DNA of 64,000 bases, taken from NCBI GenBank assembly GCA_050248855.1, contig JBFWRP010000022.1, positions 1 to 64,000 on the forward strand. The letters are read 5' to 3'. Source of the DNA: Planctomycetota bacterium (GTDB lineage: Bacteria > Planctomycetota > PLA2 > JAEUHO01). The notes beneath the pieces were generated by a model that did no database searches, was not told the origin of the DNA, and saw only the letters and a program-made list of their open reading frames with translations. Of the stretch, positions 19,067 to 29,258 are shown in pieces. How positions within the stretch are numbered: the first letter of the stretch is position 1; every line of letters begins with the position of its first letter. A program made the translations under genes and the position numbers.

Positions 19067-20032
19067 TCAGGCCGTCCCGGAGCGCGCGGCGTCGACCAGG
19101 CGTTCGATGAGCACCTCGAAGGACGTCGCGGCGGACCAGCCGAGCTCGCGGCGCGCGCGCGAGGGGTCGCCGACGTTGCCGCGGATCTCGCGGGGGCGCA
19201 CCCACGTCGCGTCGAAGCGCACGTGCTCGCGCCAGTCGAGGCCCACGACCGCGAACACGGAGCGCACGACGTCTTCCAGGCTGTGCTGCACGCCGGTTGC
19301 CACGACGAAGTCGCCCGGGACATCGTGGCGCAGGATCGCGTGCATGGCCTCCACATGGTCGGGCGCCCAGCCCCAGTCCCGGCGGATCGAGAGATCGCCG
19401 AGGACCAGCGGCGCCGTATCGCCCGCCGCAATGCGCAGGGCACCATCCACGATCTTCTGCGTGACGAAGCCCGCGGGGCGCAGCGGCGACTCGTGGTTGA
19501 AGAGGATGCCCGTGGCGGCGAAGAGGCCGAAGCGCCTGCGGTACTGGCGGGTGTGCTCGTGCGCCGTCACCTTGGCGGCGGCGTAGGGGCTGATCGGTGC
19601 GAAGGGCGTGCCCTCGTGGGCCGGCGTGCTGCCGACGTCGCCGAACATCTCCGACGAGGAGGCCGTGTAGAGGCGCGCGGCGGGGTGCTCGTGGCGCACG
19701 GCTTCGAGCAGGCAGAGCGTGCCCAGTGCAATCCCCTCGAACGAGGCGCGCGGATCGTCGAAGGAACGCCCCACCGAGGAGGGGCCGCCGAGTCCGTAGA
19801 TCTCGTCGGGCATGACGTCGCGCACGAGGGCCCGCGCGCCGTACTCGTCCGGCAAGCGAAGTCCGTGCAGCGTGACGCGATCGGCGATTCCCAAGCGCTC
19901 CCAGTTGCGCGGCGTGCCCTGGTCGGCACGGCTCGACGTGCCGTGCACGTCGTAGCCGCGCTCGAGCAGCAGGCGCGCGAGGTAGGAGCCGTCTTGGCCC
20001 GTGCCGCCGACGATCAGCGCGCGGCGCGTCAT
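19067..20032 (-). CDS. gmd: Second GDP-mannose 4,6-dehydratase
   Basis: [48 protein letters not shown] overlap with the upstream GT4. Confidence 0.88.
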   Translation of the reverse strand: MTRRALIVGGTGQDGSYLARLLLERGYDVHGTSSRADQGTPRNWERLGIADRVTLHGLRLPDEYGARALVRDVMPDEIYGLGGPSSVGRSFDDPRASFEGIALGTLCLLEAVRHEHPAARLYTASSSEMFGDVGSTPAHEGTPFAPISPYAAAKVTAHEHTRQYRRRFGLFAATGILFNHESPLRPAGFVTQKIVDGALRIAAGDTAPLVLGDLSIRRDWGWAPDHVEAMHAILRHDVPGDFVVATGVQHSLEDVVRSVFAVVGLDWREHVRFDATWVRPREIRGNVGDPSRARRELGWSAATSFEVLIERLVDAARSGTA

Positions 20033-21171
20033 CGGGCAGCCCCCGTCCCGAGCCACGCCGCCAGGAACCGCTCGCGAAAGGCCTCGTACGTGAACTGCGC
20101 CTCGAGCCGCGCGCGACCGGCCTCGCCAAGACGTCGGGCCGCTTCGCGATTCCCCAGGAGCCGGGCGAGCGCCTCGCCGACGGCCTCCGGCGTGGGGTCC
20201 ACGACGAAGCCCGTCTCCCCGTCCACGACGATCTCCGACGACGCATCGTGGCTGCAGATGCAGGGCAGCCCGGCGCGCATCGCCTCCAGGTGGACGAGAC
20301 CGAAGCCCTCGCCCGTGCTCGGCAGCACGAACGCATCCGACGCCGCGTACGTGGCCTGCAGCTGATCGCCGTCAAGGCGACCTGCGAACGAGATGGAACG
20401 CCCCGCCTGGCCGGGGAGATCCCGCGCGAGCGCCTCCAAGCGACTGCGGTCGTCGCCGTCGCCCACGACAACCAGATGTGCCTGGGGCACGCGCTGCGTC
20501 ACGAGGGGCCACGAGGCGATGACCTTGTCGTAGCCCTTGTAGGCGTCGGCCGCCGAGAGCCGCCCGACGGTGACGGCCCTGGGTACGGCGCCGTCGGGGC
20601 GCAACGCGGCGGCAGCCGCAGGCCTCGCCCACGGCGGATCGGGTTCGAGGCCCAGATGCACGACCTTGGCGTCGGGCGCCCAGGGGTTGACCTCCTTCAT
20701 GCGTCGCGCCGTGTGTTCGCTGATGGAGAGCAGCGGCGCGGCCCGCTCCACGCACGTGCGCCGCCCACCGCGAAGCGGCTCCCACACCTCGATGCCTACC
20801 AGGTACAGCCCATGGCGGCCCCGTGGGAGGAGACGTGCCGCCGAACCGACGCCGACGTGCACGAACAGGATCCGCTCGAAACGGCGTCGATGGCCAAGGA
20901 GACCCAGGGCGAGGGAGCCCTTCTTCCCACCGTACCCGCCGGATGCAGCCAGCCCCCGTCGACCGTGAAGCTCGCGTTGCAGCATCGCGGCCAGGCCGGC
21001 CCGCATGACCTCGTGGTCGTCGCTCAGCGACCACACGGTCACCTCGTCGGGCCCAAGACCGTCGACCAGCGCCCGCACGATCATGCGACCCATGCTCTGG
21101 AGACCACCCGGCGCGAACGCAGGGCCGGCCCGGAACCCGAGGTCGGACGCCACGACGAGGGTGTGCGTCAT
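20029..21171 (-). CDS. Glycosyltransferase family 4
   Basis: TVGRL..YKG, FVLPSTGEGFGLVHLEAM, EIVVDGETG. Confidence 0.9.
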   Translation of the reverse strand: MTHTLVVASDLGFRAGPAFAPGGLQSMGRMIVRALVDGLGPDEVTVWSLSDDHEVMRAGLAAMLQRELHGRRGLAASGGYGGKKGSLALGLLGHRRRFERILFVHVGVGSAARLLPRGRHGLYLVGIEVWEPLRGGRRTCVERAAPLLSISEHTARRMKEVNPWAPDAKVVHLGLEPDPPWARPAAAAALRPDGAVPRAVTVGRLSAADAYKGYDKVIASWPLVTQRVPQAHLVVVGDGDDRSRLEALARDLPGQAGRSISFAGRLDGDQLQATYAASDAFVLPSTGEGFGLVHLEAMRAGLPCICSHDASSEIVVDGETGFVVDPTPEAVGEALARLLGNREAARRLGEAGRARLEAQFTYEAFRERFLAAWLGTGAAR

Positions 21172-22403
21172 GACGCGACTCCCACGCCGGAAGCCTGGAC
21201 GCGCGCAAGCAGCGCGCACCACCGCTCGCACTGCGTGGCGCGGTCATAGCGGGCCTCGAACCAAGCCCGCGCGCGCTCGCCCCAGGCGCCGAGCTGGTGG
21301 CGCTCCGCGACGACGGCCCGCAGCGCCGCGAGCACGCTCGCGGGCTCGGGCGCGGCCGTCCAGCCAAGCTGCCCGGCCTCGACTTCGCGCGCCAGCGCTC
21401 CCCCCTCGCGGGCGATGGCCAGCACCGGGCGGCCCGCGGCCAAGGCGCCGGCCAGCTTGCTGGGCGCGAGCAGGCCATCGACCTCGGGCTTGAGCGTGAT
21501 CACGTGCACGTCCGCCGCCGCCAGCACGTCGCCCAGGTCCTCGCGCGGCACGTAGCCCTGCACGGTGACCGTCGCCAGCTTCGCCGCCCCCTGCTTCACC
21601 ACCGTCGCCTGTGCGCCACCGCCGCTGAAGAGCGCGGCGATCGGCAAGGTCTCGCGCTCGGCCTGCCCCAGCGCCTCGAGGAGAGCGTCAAACGCGTGCG
21701 CCCGACCGAAGTTGCCCGCGTAGACGAGCAGCACGGTGCCGTCGGGGAGCCCGAGGCGGGCGCGCGTGCGGCTGGTGGAGGCGGGGACGGGCTGCACGGC
21801 CTCGCCGTCGGCCCAGTTGGCGATCACCTCGAGCCGTTCTCCATGCCCACGCAGCCGCGCGACGGTCTCGCCCATGGCGTCGTCGAGCACGACGACCGCA
21901 TCGGCGCGTCGGAGCAACAGCGCACTGACCCGAGCCAGGATGCGCTGCAGCAGCCCGGGGCGCACGACGCCCAGCGCCACCGCGACGTCGGGGTAGAGGT
22001 CCTCGACCTTGTAGACGAAGCGTGCACCGCGCCGCTTGGCCCAGAGCCCGAGCAGCGCGATGAAGGGCGGCGTGCTCAAGGCGAGGACCACATGCCCGCG
22101 ACGGACGCGCAGCAACGTCCATCCCGCCGCCACGAGGAACCATGCATAGCCCAGCGCCCGCCCGGCAAGTCCGCGCCCCAGCGCGGGCCCGGCGAGCCGC
22201 ACGATGCGGACGCCGCGACGCGTCTCGCGCCGTGCATACGGCGTCGCGGTTGGCGAGGCGTAGGGCTCGCGGCTCGTCACCACCCGCACGTCCCAGCCGC
22301 GCCGCGCGGCGTCCTCGGCCAGGTCGGCGAGCAGCTGGCCGGTGGCGGCCACGTCCGGCCAGTAGGCCTGGTTCACCACCCAGAGGACCCGCCGCGTCGC
22401 CAC
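21168..22403 (-). CDS. Glycosyltransferase family 4 (WcaI/WbuB-like)
   Basis: VNQAYWPD.AATG, DLYPD, NWAD, YAGNFGRAH, PSKL..ALAAGRPV. GTG start 3 nt after the carbamoyltransferase stop. Confidence 0.88.
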   Translation of the reverse strand: MATRRVLWVVNQAYWPDVAATGQLLADLAEDAARRGWDVRVVTSREPYASPTATPYARRETRRGVRIVRLAGPALGRGLAGRALGYAWFLVAAGWTLLRVRRGHVVLALSTPPFIALLGLWAKRRGARFVYKVEDLYPDVAVALGVVRPGLLQRILARVSALLLRRADAVVVLDDAMGETVARLRGHGERLEVIANWADGEAVQPVPASTSRTRARLGLPDGTVLLVYAGNFGRAHAFDALLEALGQAERETLPIAALFSGGGAQATVVKQGAAKLATVTVQGYVPREDLGDVLAAADVHVITLKPEVDGLLAPSKLAGALAAGRPVLAIAREGGALAREVEAGQLGWTAAPEPASVLAALRAVVAERHQLGAWGERARAWFEARYDRATQCERWCALLARVQASGVGVAS

Positions 22404-22405
22404 GG

Positions 22406-24187
22406 TCAGGAGGCCGCCCCGGTGCGCCGACGCACGACGTGGCGCCCGAGGACCAAGCGATCCATGTTCGTGCGCAGGAAGCAGTCCAGGGCCTCGGCCG
22501 GTGTGTTGACGATGGGCTCGCTCTCGTTGAACGAGGTGTTGAGGACCAGGGGGACGCCCGTCTTCTCGTGGAAGGCATCGATCAGCGCCGCGTAGAGCGG
22601 CAGGTGACGTCGATCCACGCACTGCGTGCGTCCCGTGCCGTCGGCGTGCACCACGGCCGGTGCGAGATCGCGCTTTCGCGGGTCCATCGGGAACACCTGC
22701 GTCATGAACGGATCGGGACGTGCCCCGGGGAACCACGCCGTCAAGTGCTCGGCCAGCACGCTCGGCGCGAAGGGACGGAAGCGCTCGCGGCGCTTGATGC
22801 GTACGTTCAGGAGCTCGCGGGCGTCGGTGCGGCGCGGGTCGGCCAGGATCGAGCGCTGGCCCAGGGCCCGCGGCCCCCACTCGGCCCGCCCCTGGAACCA
22901 GCCGACGACCTCGCCGGCGATCAGGGCCTCGGCCGTGTCGGCGGCCAAGCGCGCGTCGTCGGGAGCGATGTCGAGGGTGAACCCGTCGTGCGGCGTGCGC
23001 GGGACGAGCGCGGGCAAGCGCTCGCGGAGCGCCTGCTCGATCGCGGCCGTGGTCGCGCCGGGGCCGAGCGCCGCCGTGTGCTGCACCTCGCCGCGCGCTT
23101 GCCCGCGGTCCACGTGCGCGTGCCAGAGCGCCGCGCCCAAGGACGTGCCGTCGTCGCCGGCGGCCGGCTGGACGAACAGCTCCTCGACGCCGGCTTCCTC
23201 GTAGAGCTTGCCGTTGGCCAGCGAGTTCTGGGCGCAGCCGCCGGCCAGGCACAAGCGCCGCGTGCCCGCACGGGGCAGCAGGTGGCGCACGAGCGCGATC
23301 AACGCGCGCTCGTAGAGCGCCTGCGCGGACGCGGCGAGGTCCATGTGGCGCTGCTCGACCTCGTCCTCCCGCCCGCGTCGGGGGCCGAGCAGCGTCTCCC
23401 AGGCCGGCGTGAAGATGTCGCCGAGCACGGGCTCGCCCTGGTCCCACGACATGTCCACGCCTTCGCGGACATGGCGGAAGTACCTCAGGTCCAAGCGGAA
23501 CGTGCCGTCGTCGGCCACGTCGAGCACGTGCTCGAGCTCGCGCACGAAGCGCGGCTCGCCGTAGGCGGCCAGGCCCATCACCTTGTACTCGTCGCCGTAG
23601 TGCGGGAAGCCCAGGTACTGCGTGACGGCCGTGTAGAAGAGCCCCAGCGAGTGCGGCCACGTATGACGACGGAGCACGCGGACGTCGTTGCCGCGACCGA
23701 CGCAGGCCATCGACGACACGAAGTCCCCGAACCCGTCCACCGTGAGGCACGCCGCCTCCTCGAACGGGCTCACGAAGAACGACGAGGCCACGTGCGCCAG
23801 ATGGTGCTCCACGCCGACCAAGGGCGGAAGGTCGTCCTCGGCGATCCCGAGCTCGCGCGCGGCGCGCCCTTTGAGGCCTTCCACGGCCCGCAGGTTCCGG
23901 ATCCGTCCCAAGGCGCGGCCTGCCGAGCCCGGATGCCGCAGCACGTGGAGCACCTTGCGCGTCAAGTACGCGCGGGGCTTGCGCGCGACGCACAGCGCGT
24001 CCACGGCGCGCCAGTCGCCGCCGCAGGCCTCGTCCACCACCCACGACAACGCGTGGGTCGGGAAGCCCGCTTGGTGCTTGCGGCGGGTGAACCGCTCTTC
24101 GGCCACGGCGCCCGCGATGCGCCCGTCGCGCACGGCCGCCGCGGCGGCATCGCCGTGGAACGCGTTGACGCCGACGACCACCGTCAC
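22406..24187 (-). CDS. Carbamoyltransferase (NodU/CmcH family)
   Basis: HGDAAAA, AEERFTR.KH, EHHLAH, DGFGD, SLG.FY, EYKVMGLAAYG, GGCAQN, EWGPRALGQRSILADP, FRPFAP, LNTSFN. Confidence 0.95.
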   Translation of the reverse strand: MTVVVGVNAFHGDAAAAAVRDGRIAGAVAEERFTRRKHQAGFPTHALSWVVDEACGGDWRAVDALCVARKPRAYLTRKVLHVLRHPGSAGRALGRIRNLRAVEGLKGRAARELGIAEDDLPPLVGVEHHLAHVASSFFVSPFEEAACLTVDGFGDFVSSMACVGRGNDVRVLRRHTWPHSLGLFYTAVTQYLGFPHYGDEYKVMGLAAYGEPRFVRELEHVLDVADDGTFRLDLRYFRHVREGVDMSWDQGEPVLGDIFTPAWETLLGPRRGREDEVEQRHMDLAASAQALYERALIALVRHLLPRAGTRRLCLAGGCAQNSLANGKLYEEAGVEELFVQPAAGDDGTSLGAALWHAHVDRGQARGEVQHTAALGPGATTAAIEQALRERLPALVPRTPHDGFTLDIAPDDARLAADTAEALIAGEVVGWFQGRAEWGPRALGQRSILADPRRTDARELLNVRIKRRERFRPFAPSVLAEHLTAWFPGARPDPFMTQVFPMDPRKRDLAPAVVHADGTGRTQCVDRRHLPLYAALIDAFHEKTGVPLVLNTSFNESEPIVNTPAEALDCFLRTNMDRLVLGRHVVRRRTGAAS

Positions 24188-24969
24188 GACGCAGGCTCCG
24201 ACGGCAAGCCCTCGTCCTCGGGCGCGGCCAGACGCAGGGCGAGCAGCGTCTCGTAGAGGGCCCGCTCGTGTGCGTAGCGGATGGCCGCACGCCCCTTGAG
24301 CGGTCCCCCGGCCTTGAGCCAAGCCAGCGTGCCGATCAGGGGCGGCATCCAGCCGAGCTTGCGCAGCCGGTCCCGGAAGCGGAGATCGCGTCCGGCCACG
24401 ATGCGCTCGTGCTCGCGCTTGGCGTAGCCCACTTGCGAGGCCACGAAGCGCTCCCAGGGCTTGCGGTCGTCGTGGATCAAACGGTGGCGGAGCGCGACGA
24501 TGGGACCCTCCACGCGGAAGCGATGGCCGTGACCGCTCTGCTCGACCTCTACCCGCGCGCGCCGGAGCAGACGCACGTCCGGCGGGTAGAGCGACCCGAG
24601 CAGCGCTCGTCCGCCCACGACGTAGCGAAAGCGCAGGCGGCCTGCCGAGGCGCCCGGTGCGACCACGCGGCGGTCCATCTCCTCGACGAGCCCCGGCTCC
24701 AGGGCCATGTCGGCGTCGAGCGCCAGAACGTAGTCCGTCTCCAAGGCCTCGTGGGCGAAGGCGTGCTGCCACTGGCGGTCGAAGGCGACGAAGGGATGGA
24801 CGTCGAAGACCACGTTGCCGTAGGCCCGCGCGATCGTCTCCGTGCGATCGCGGCTGCCCGAGTCCAGGACCAGCACCGTGCGGGCCCAGCCGAGCGAGGC
24901 AAGGGTGCGGTCGAGGTTGTCCTCTTCGTCGCGCGTCAGGACGACCGGCGTGATGTCGGCACCGGGCAC
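24184..24969 (-). CDS. Glycosyltransferase family 2
   Basis: AAGGAGG SD before GTG; VVLTRDEEDNL, LDSGSRDRT, LALDAD. Confidence 0.88.
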   Translation of the reverse strand: MPGADITPVVLTRDEEDNLDRTLASLGWARTVLVLDSGSRDRTETIARAYGNVVFDVHPFVAFDRQWQHAFAHEALETDYVLALDADMALEPGLVEEMDRRVVAPGASAGRLRFRYVVGGRALLGSLYPPDVRLLRRARVEVEQSGHGHRFRVEGPIVALRHRLIHDDRKPWERFVASQVGYAKREHERIVAGRDLRFRDRLRKLGWMPPLIGTLAWLKAGGPLKGRAAIRYAHERALYETLLALRLAAPEDEGLPSEPAS

Positions 24970-25004
24970 CCGTCCCTCCTTGCGACCCTGCGGGGACGAG
25001 GCCC

Positions 25005-26150
25005 TCACGTCGTCACGTCGTCCGGCTTCGGCCCGCCACACAGCCAAGCGTACGCCGCGGCCATCCGGGCCGCGACGGTCTCCCAAGCGAGATCGCGCCG
25101 GATCCAGGCGCGTCCTGCCGCCCCCATCGCCGCGAGGCGCTCGTGCGGCGCGGTCACGAGATCGCCGAGCGCGGCATGCAGCGCCTCCGTGCCGGTCTCG
25201 ACCCACCAGCCCGCACCATGGTCCACGAGCCCCTGCCAGGGGGCCGCCCTCGTCGTCAGCACGGGGCGCGCGGCGGCCAGCGCTTCGGCCACGACCTGCC
25301 CGAAGTTCTCGCTCAGCGTGGGCAGCACGAACGCCGAGCAGCGCGCCAACAGCTCGTCGCGCTTCGCGTCGGGGACCGGCCCGAGGAAGCGCACGGGCGA
25401 GGTCGTGGGCCGCGTGCGGCGTTCGAGCGCAGCGCGCACCTCGGCCTCGTGGTCGAGCTCGTCGGGGCCGGCGATCCACAGCTCCCAGCCCGGGGCCTGC
25501 AGCGAGGCCCAGGCTTCCACGAGATGCAGCAAGCCCTTCTTGGGATGCACGCGCGAGAGGAACAGCAGCACGCGCGGTAGGGCGTCCGGCCCCGGCAAGG
25601 GCGCGGCCTCCCGGGGGACGTCCACGCCGTTGGGCACGACCACGACGGGGGTCTCGGGCCCGCGTGCGCGCAAGCCCTCGGCCTCCGCCTCGGACGTCGC
25701 GTGCAGCAGGTCGGCGCGCTGCAGGTCGTGACGCTGGTAGACGGCCCAGGCGACACGCTTGCGCGCCCCGTGCCAGCGCAGCGCCCACGGGTCGAGCATG
25801 CCGCGCGGGCTCACCACACGCGGAACACCGTGCCGCCGCGTCCACGCGGCCACGGCGTGATTGGTCGGCAGCCAGATGCCGTGGTCGTGGACCACGACGG
25901 GGCGCTGCTCGCCGACGGCATCCGCGAACGTGGCCAGGAACCGCCCGCGCCGCCGCGGGCCGGCCGCCGTGGCGCGGAGGTCGGACGGCACGGCGAACGG
26001 CAGGTCGTCGCCCGGTGGATGGGCGGTGACGAGCATGGTCGCTGCACCGAGCCCCTCGAGCGCACGCGCCAACGACGTGACGGAGCGCGCGGGCCCACCG
26101 ACCCAGGGCTCGATCGAGCCGATCGTGTGTACGCTGCGCACGAGCGTCAT
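25005..26150 (-). CDS. Glycosyltransferase family 4
   Basis: GGP, HGIW, SPRGML, PNGV, FLSRVHPKKG, LPTLSENFGQVVAEALA. Confidence 0.92.
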   Translation of the reverse strand: MTLVRSVHTIGSIEPWVGGPARSVTSLARALEGLGAATMLVTAHPPGDDLPFAVPSDLRATAAGPRRRGRFLATFADAVGEQRPVVVHDHGIWLPTNHAVAAWTRRHGVPRVVSPRGMLDPWALRWHGARKRVAWAVYQRHDLQRADLLHATSEAEAEGLRARGPETPVVVVPNGVDVPREAAPLPGPDALPRVLLFLSRVHPKKGLLHLVEAWASLQAPGWELWIAGPDELDHEAEVRAALERRTRPTTSPVRFLGPVPDAKRDELLARCSAFVLPTLSENFGQVVAEALAAARPVLTTRAAPWQGLVDHGAGWWVETGTEALHAALGDLVTAPHERLAAMGAAGRAWIRRDLAWETVAARMAAAYAWLCGGPKPDDVTT

Positions 26151-27340
26151 CGCGAGCGCCTCGAGGCCACCACGGCCCGCAGCGCCTCGGCCGTGGCCTC
26201 CACGGCGTGCGCGATCGTGTAGCCCTCGATGCGCCGTTGACCGGCAACACCCAGGCGTGCGCGAGCATGCGGGTCACGGCCCAGCTCGACCAGGCGCGCG
26301 GCCAGCGCCTCCACGTCGCCGCACGGGTAGGTCCACCCCGTCTCGCCCGGCGTCACCAGGTCAGGTCCGCAGCCCACCTGGTCGCTGACCACGACGGGGA
26401 GCCCCACGTGCTGCGCCTCGTTCACGACGAGGCCCCAGGTCTCGCCGTGGTCGGACGGCAGCACGAACACGTCACCTGCCGCGTACGCGGGCCCCAGCTC
26501 GCCCTGGTTGAGGAAGCCCGTGAACGTGGCGGGCACGTCCAGCGCCTTGGCCCGCGCCCGGACCTCGGCCTCGAGCGGGCCGGCCCCCACGACGAGCAGC
26601 TCGAGGGCCGGCACGTCGCGCCGCGCACGCGCAACGGCCTCCACGAGGTCGAGCGGTCGCTTCTTGGGCTCGAGCTTGCCCACGAACAGCACGAGCACCG
26701 CCTCGGGCGCCAGATTCCACCGTGCGCGCGCCGCGGCCCCCACGGCCTTGCGATCGCGCGCGGCGTCGTCCAGGTGCCTGGTGTCCACCGCGTACGGAGC
26801 CAGGGTGATGGCCGACGCGTCCATCCCCGCCGCACGCAGGAACCGTGCGTTGGCCGTACCGATGGCCAGCGCGGCCTCGAACCTCCGCAGGTGCCAGCGG
26901 TGCAGGAGACGTTTCCACGCCGCCCGCGGGCGCAAGTCGTTGGACTCGCCGCGCACGACGCGTGGGATCCCCAGCTTGACGGCGGCGCGCGTGGCTTGGA
27001 GCAAGCAGCGCGCCTGCCAGCCGCAGATCACCACCACGTCGGGCGCGAGCTCGGCCAGTCGATCCTGCACACCGGGCGTGTCGATGCCGTCCCGCGCGGT
27101 GAGCGAAGGGCGCGCGGCCACGTTGTCGAGCGCGCTCCAGGTGTAGCCCTCGAGCAACGGCACGTCCCACGTGAACTCCACGCCGAAACCCACGCCCTGC
27201 TGCTTCGCATCGGGGAGCATTCCGTACAACACGTGCACGTCGAAGCCGGGCGTCTGGGCGACACCCCGCATCCACGGCACCTGGTACTGGATCGGGTGCG
27301 TCGTCACGAATACGACGCGCAGGGGGTCTGCCGCCGTCAT
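26147..27340 (-). CDS. Glycosyltransferase family 4
   Basis: THPIQYQ, WDVPLLEGY, FVGKLEPKKR, LPSDHGETWGLVVNEA. Confidence 0.92.
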   Translation of the reverse strand: MTAADPLRVVFVTTHPIQYQVPWMRGVAQTPGFDVHVLYGMLPDAKQQGVGFGVEFTWDVPLLEGYTWSALDNVAARPSLTARDGIDTPGVQDRLAELAPDVVVICGWQARCLLQATRAAVKLGIPRVVRGESNDLRPRAAWKRLLHRWHLRRFEAALAIGTANARFLRAAGMDASAITLAPYAVDTRHLDDAARDRKAVGAAARARWNLAPEAVLVLFVGKLEPKKRPLDLVEAVARARRDVPALELLVVGAGPLEAEVRARAKALDVPATFTGFLNQGELGPAYAAGDVFVLPSDHGETWGLVVNEAQHVGLPVVVSDQVGCGPDLVTPGETGWTYPCGDVEALAARLVELGRDPHARARLGVAGQRRIEGYTIAHAVEATAEALRAVVASRRSR

Positions 27341-28323
27341 CGCCCGATCGCCCGCATGCGGTCGCACGTCGTCGCGAGCACCCCCGCGGCCCGCCAGCCG
27401 ACGAGCGATGCCAAGCGACCGTACCAGACGACGTCTCTCCGTCGACGCGGGAGACCCCACGCGGCGACATGGTCGAACAGTCGCTGCGACGCACCGGGAA
27501 GCCCCGCCGCTCCACACTGACGCGCCAGCAGGAACAGGAAGCGCACCGCCTGCTGGAACTCCCTGCTTTCCTCGACGACCCCGGCCTCCAGCGCGTGCTG
27601 CAGGAGGAGCGGTCGCGCGATCGCACGGGCCGCGAGCGACCTGCGAATCCGACGCCCCACGCCACTCAGGTGGTCCCCTGGCCGGCGACGCATGGTGCCG
27701 ACGACCCCCTCCACCTTTCCCATCCCCCATCCGAGGGCGGCGATGCGCCCGTCGTACTCCCAGTCCTCCTCGTTGAAGAGGGGGAGCCACGGGCCTACGC
27801 GCTCGAGCACGGCAGCCCGGTAGAGAGGTGCGACGGTGTCCCAGGGGCGATCCACGAGCAGTGCAGGGAAGCCGGAGGAGAGCGCCGGTGCGCGGCGAAT
27901 GCCCGATTCGGGCCCGCGCCCGTCGACGCGTCGGATCTCCACGTCACCGATCACGAGCGCCCAGTCGGGGTGGTCGTCAAGTGCCGCGAGCTGCCGGTCG
28001 AACTTGGTCGGCACCAACAGGTCGTCGCTGTCCAAGTACTGGACGTAGGCGCCCGACGCGGCCGTTCTGCCCGTTTCGCGCGCGGCTCCGGGTCCGCGCG
28101 GCTGCCCGTGGCGAAACACGCGGACGACGCCCGGGTGACGTGCGCACAGCTCGTCGAGCACGCGGGGCGTTGCGTCGGTGGAGCCGTCGTCGACGACGAT
28201 CACCTCGATGGGTCGGTGGGTCTGAGCCAGCACGCTCGCGATGGCCTCCACGACCAGGTCCGGGCGGTTGTGCACGGGGATGATCGTGGAGACCAGCGGC
28301 TTGGTGGAGCCGGCCGGGATCAT
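27337..28323 (-). CDS. Glycosyltransferase family 2
   Basis: STIIPVHNR, VVDDGSTD, YLDSDD, EDWEY. Confidence 0.9.
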   Translation of the reverse strand: MIPAGSTKPLVSTIIPVHNRPDLVVEAIASVLAQTHRPIEVIVVDDGSTDATPRVLDELCARHPGVVRVFRHGQPRGPGAARETGRTAASGAYVQYLDSDDLLVPTKFDRQLAALDDHPDWALVIGDVEIRRVDGRGPESGIRRAPALSSGFPALLVDRPWDTVAPLYRAAVLERVGPWLPLFNEEDWEYDGRIAALGWGMGKVEGVVGTMRRRPGDHLSGVGRRIRRSLAARAIARPLLLQHALEAGVVEESREFQQAVRFLFLLARQCGAAGLPGASQRLFDHVAAWGLPRRRRDVVWYGRLASLVGWRAAGVLATTCDRMRAIGR

Positions 28324-29258
28324 GGCGCACCCGCCTCGGCACCCTTGCACGCGTGGACGCGCGCGGCCTGTTCACGACGCAGGCCCAGCTCGATGCCGGC
28401 ATTCACGAGGCATTGGCGGAAGCGGTCGCCCCGCCCGCGCACCCACTGCCCGACCCCGCGCAGGACGTGCAGGAGGGCCCGAGCGCGCGAACCCCGCGGC
28501 GCGTTCGCGTGGATGCGCGCGTGGGCCACGCCGCTGAGGACGCCGTGCCGAACCAGCGCGGACAGGCGCAGGCGACGCCGCGGCACAGGATGGCGCACGA
28601 CGGCCTCGCCGACGTGACGCCCGCCCACGCCCTGCGCCAACGCGCGGCCAAACCACTCGGTCTCCTCCCCCAGCCCACGACGACGACCGACCAGGCCGAG
28701 ATCGTGGCGGAACGGGCCGACCCTCTCGAAGGCCGAGCGTCGGACGGCGAAGTGGGCACCGATGGGCAGCGGATGTCCTTCGGCATGGTCCACCGTGCGC
28801 GGGGACACACGATGCAGCCCGTACACGCCAGCCAGCAGCTCGAGGCGCTCGTCACGCACCCACCCGGGCTTTCCGTCGGGCCATGTGGGCAGCACGGTGC
28901 CGCCGAACCAGCCGGCCGGAGACGCAGCCGCCAGCGCGTCCCGCCACGCCGCGAGCCATCCGGCGTCCACGCGGACGTCGTCGTCGAGGAACACGACGGC
29001 CGGCGCGGACGTGGCCGCGAGAGCCCGGTTGCGTGCGCGGGCCAGGCCGGCCTCGGGCTCGACGGCGACACGCACGGGCAGGCGGTCGGCGTAGGAGCGG
29101 GCGACCTCGGCGCTGTCGTCGGCGGACCCGTTGTCCACGACGACGAGCTCCCAATCGGCCGGCGCGGTCGACGCCTCGCGGGCAAGGTCGTCCAGCACCC
29201 CCGGCAGACGGCGGGCACCGTCGCGCGTGCAGATGATGACGGCGAAGGCCGGCGTCAT
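28320..29258 (-). CDS. Glycosyltransferase family 2
   Basis: VIICTRD, VVDNGSAD, GLARARN, FLDDD, GEETE. Confidence 0.9.
   Translation of the reverse strand: MTPAFAVIICTRDGARRLPGVLDDLAREASTAPADWELVVVDNGSADDSAEVARSYADRLPVRVAVEPEAGLARARNRALAATSAPAVVFLDDDVRVDAGWLAAWRDALAAASPAGWFGGTVLPTWPDGKPGWVRDERLELLAGVYGLHRVSPRTVDHAEGHPLPIGAHFAVRRSAFERVGPFRHDLGLVGRRRGLGEETEWFGRALAQGVGGRHVGEAVVRHPVPRRRLRLSALVRHGVLSGVAHARIHANAPRGSRARALLHVLRGVGQWVRGRGDRFRQCLVNAGIELGLRREQAARVHACKGAEAGAP

Noticed and set aside
17205..24187. Lasso peptide or antibiotic cluster suggested by AsnB-like, carbamoyltransferase and ATP-grasp genes
   Set aside because: No precursor peptide, B protein, PKS or NRPS is seen. The genes are translationally coupled to glycosyltransferases and gmd, and the AsnB proteins retain the glutaminase Cys2.
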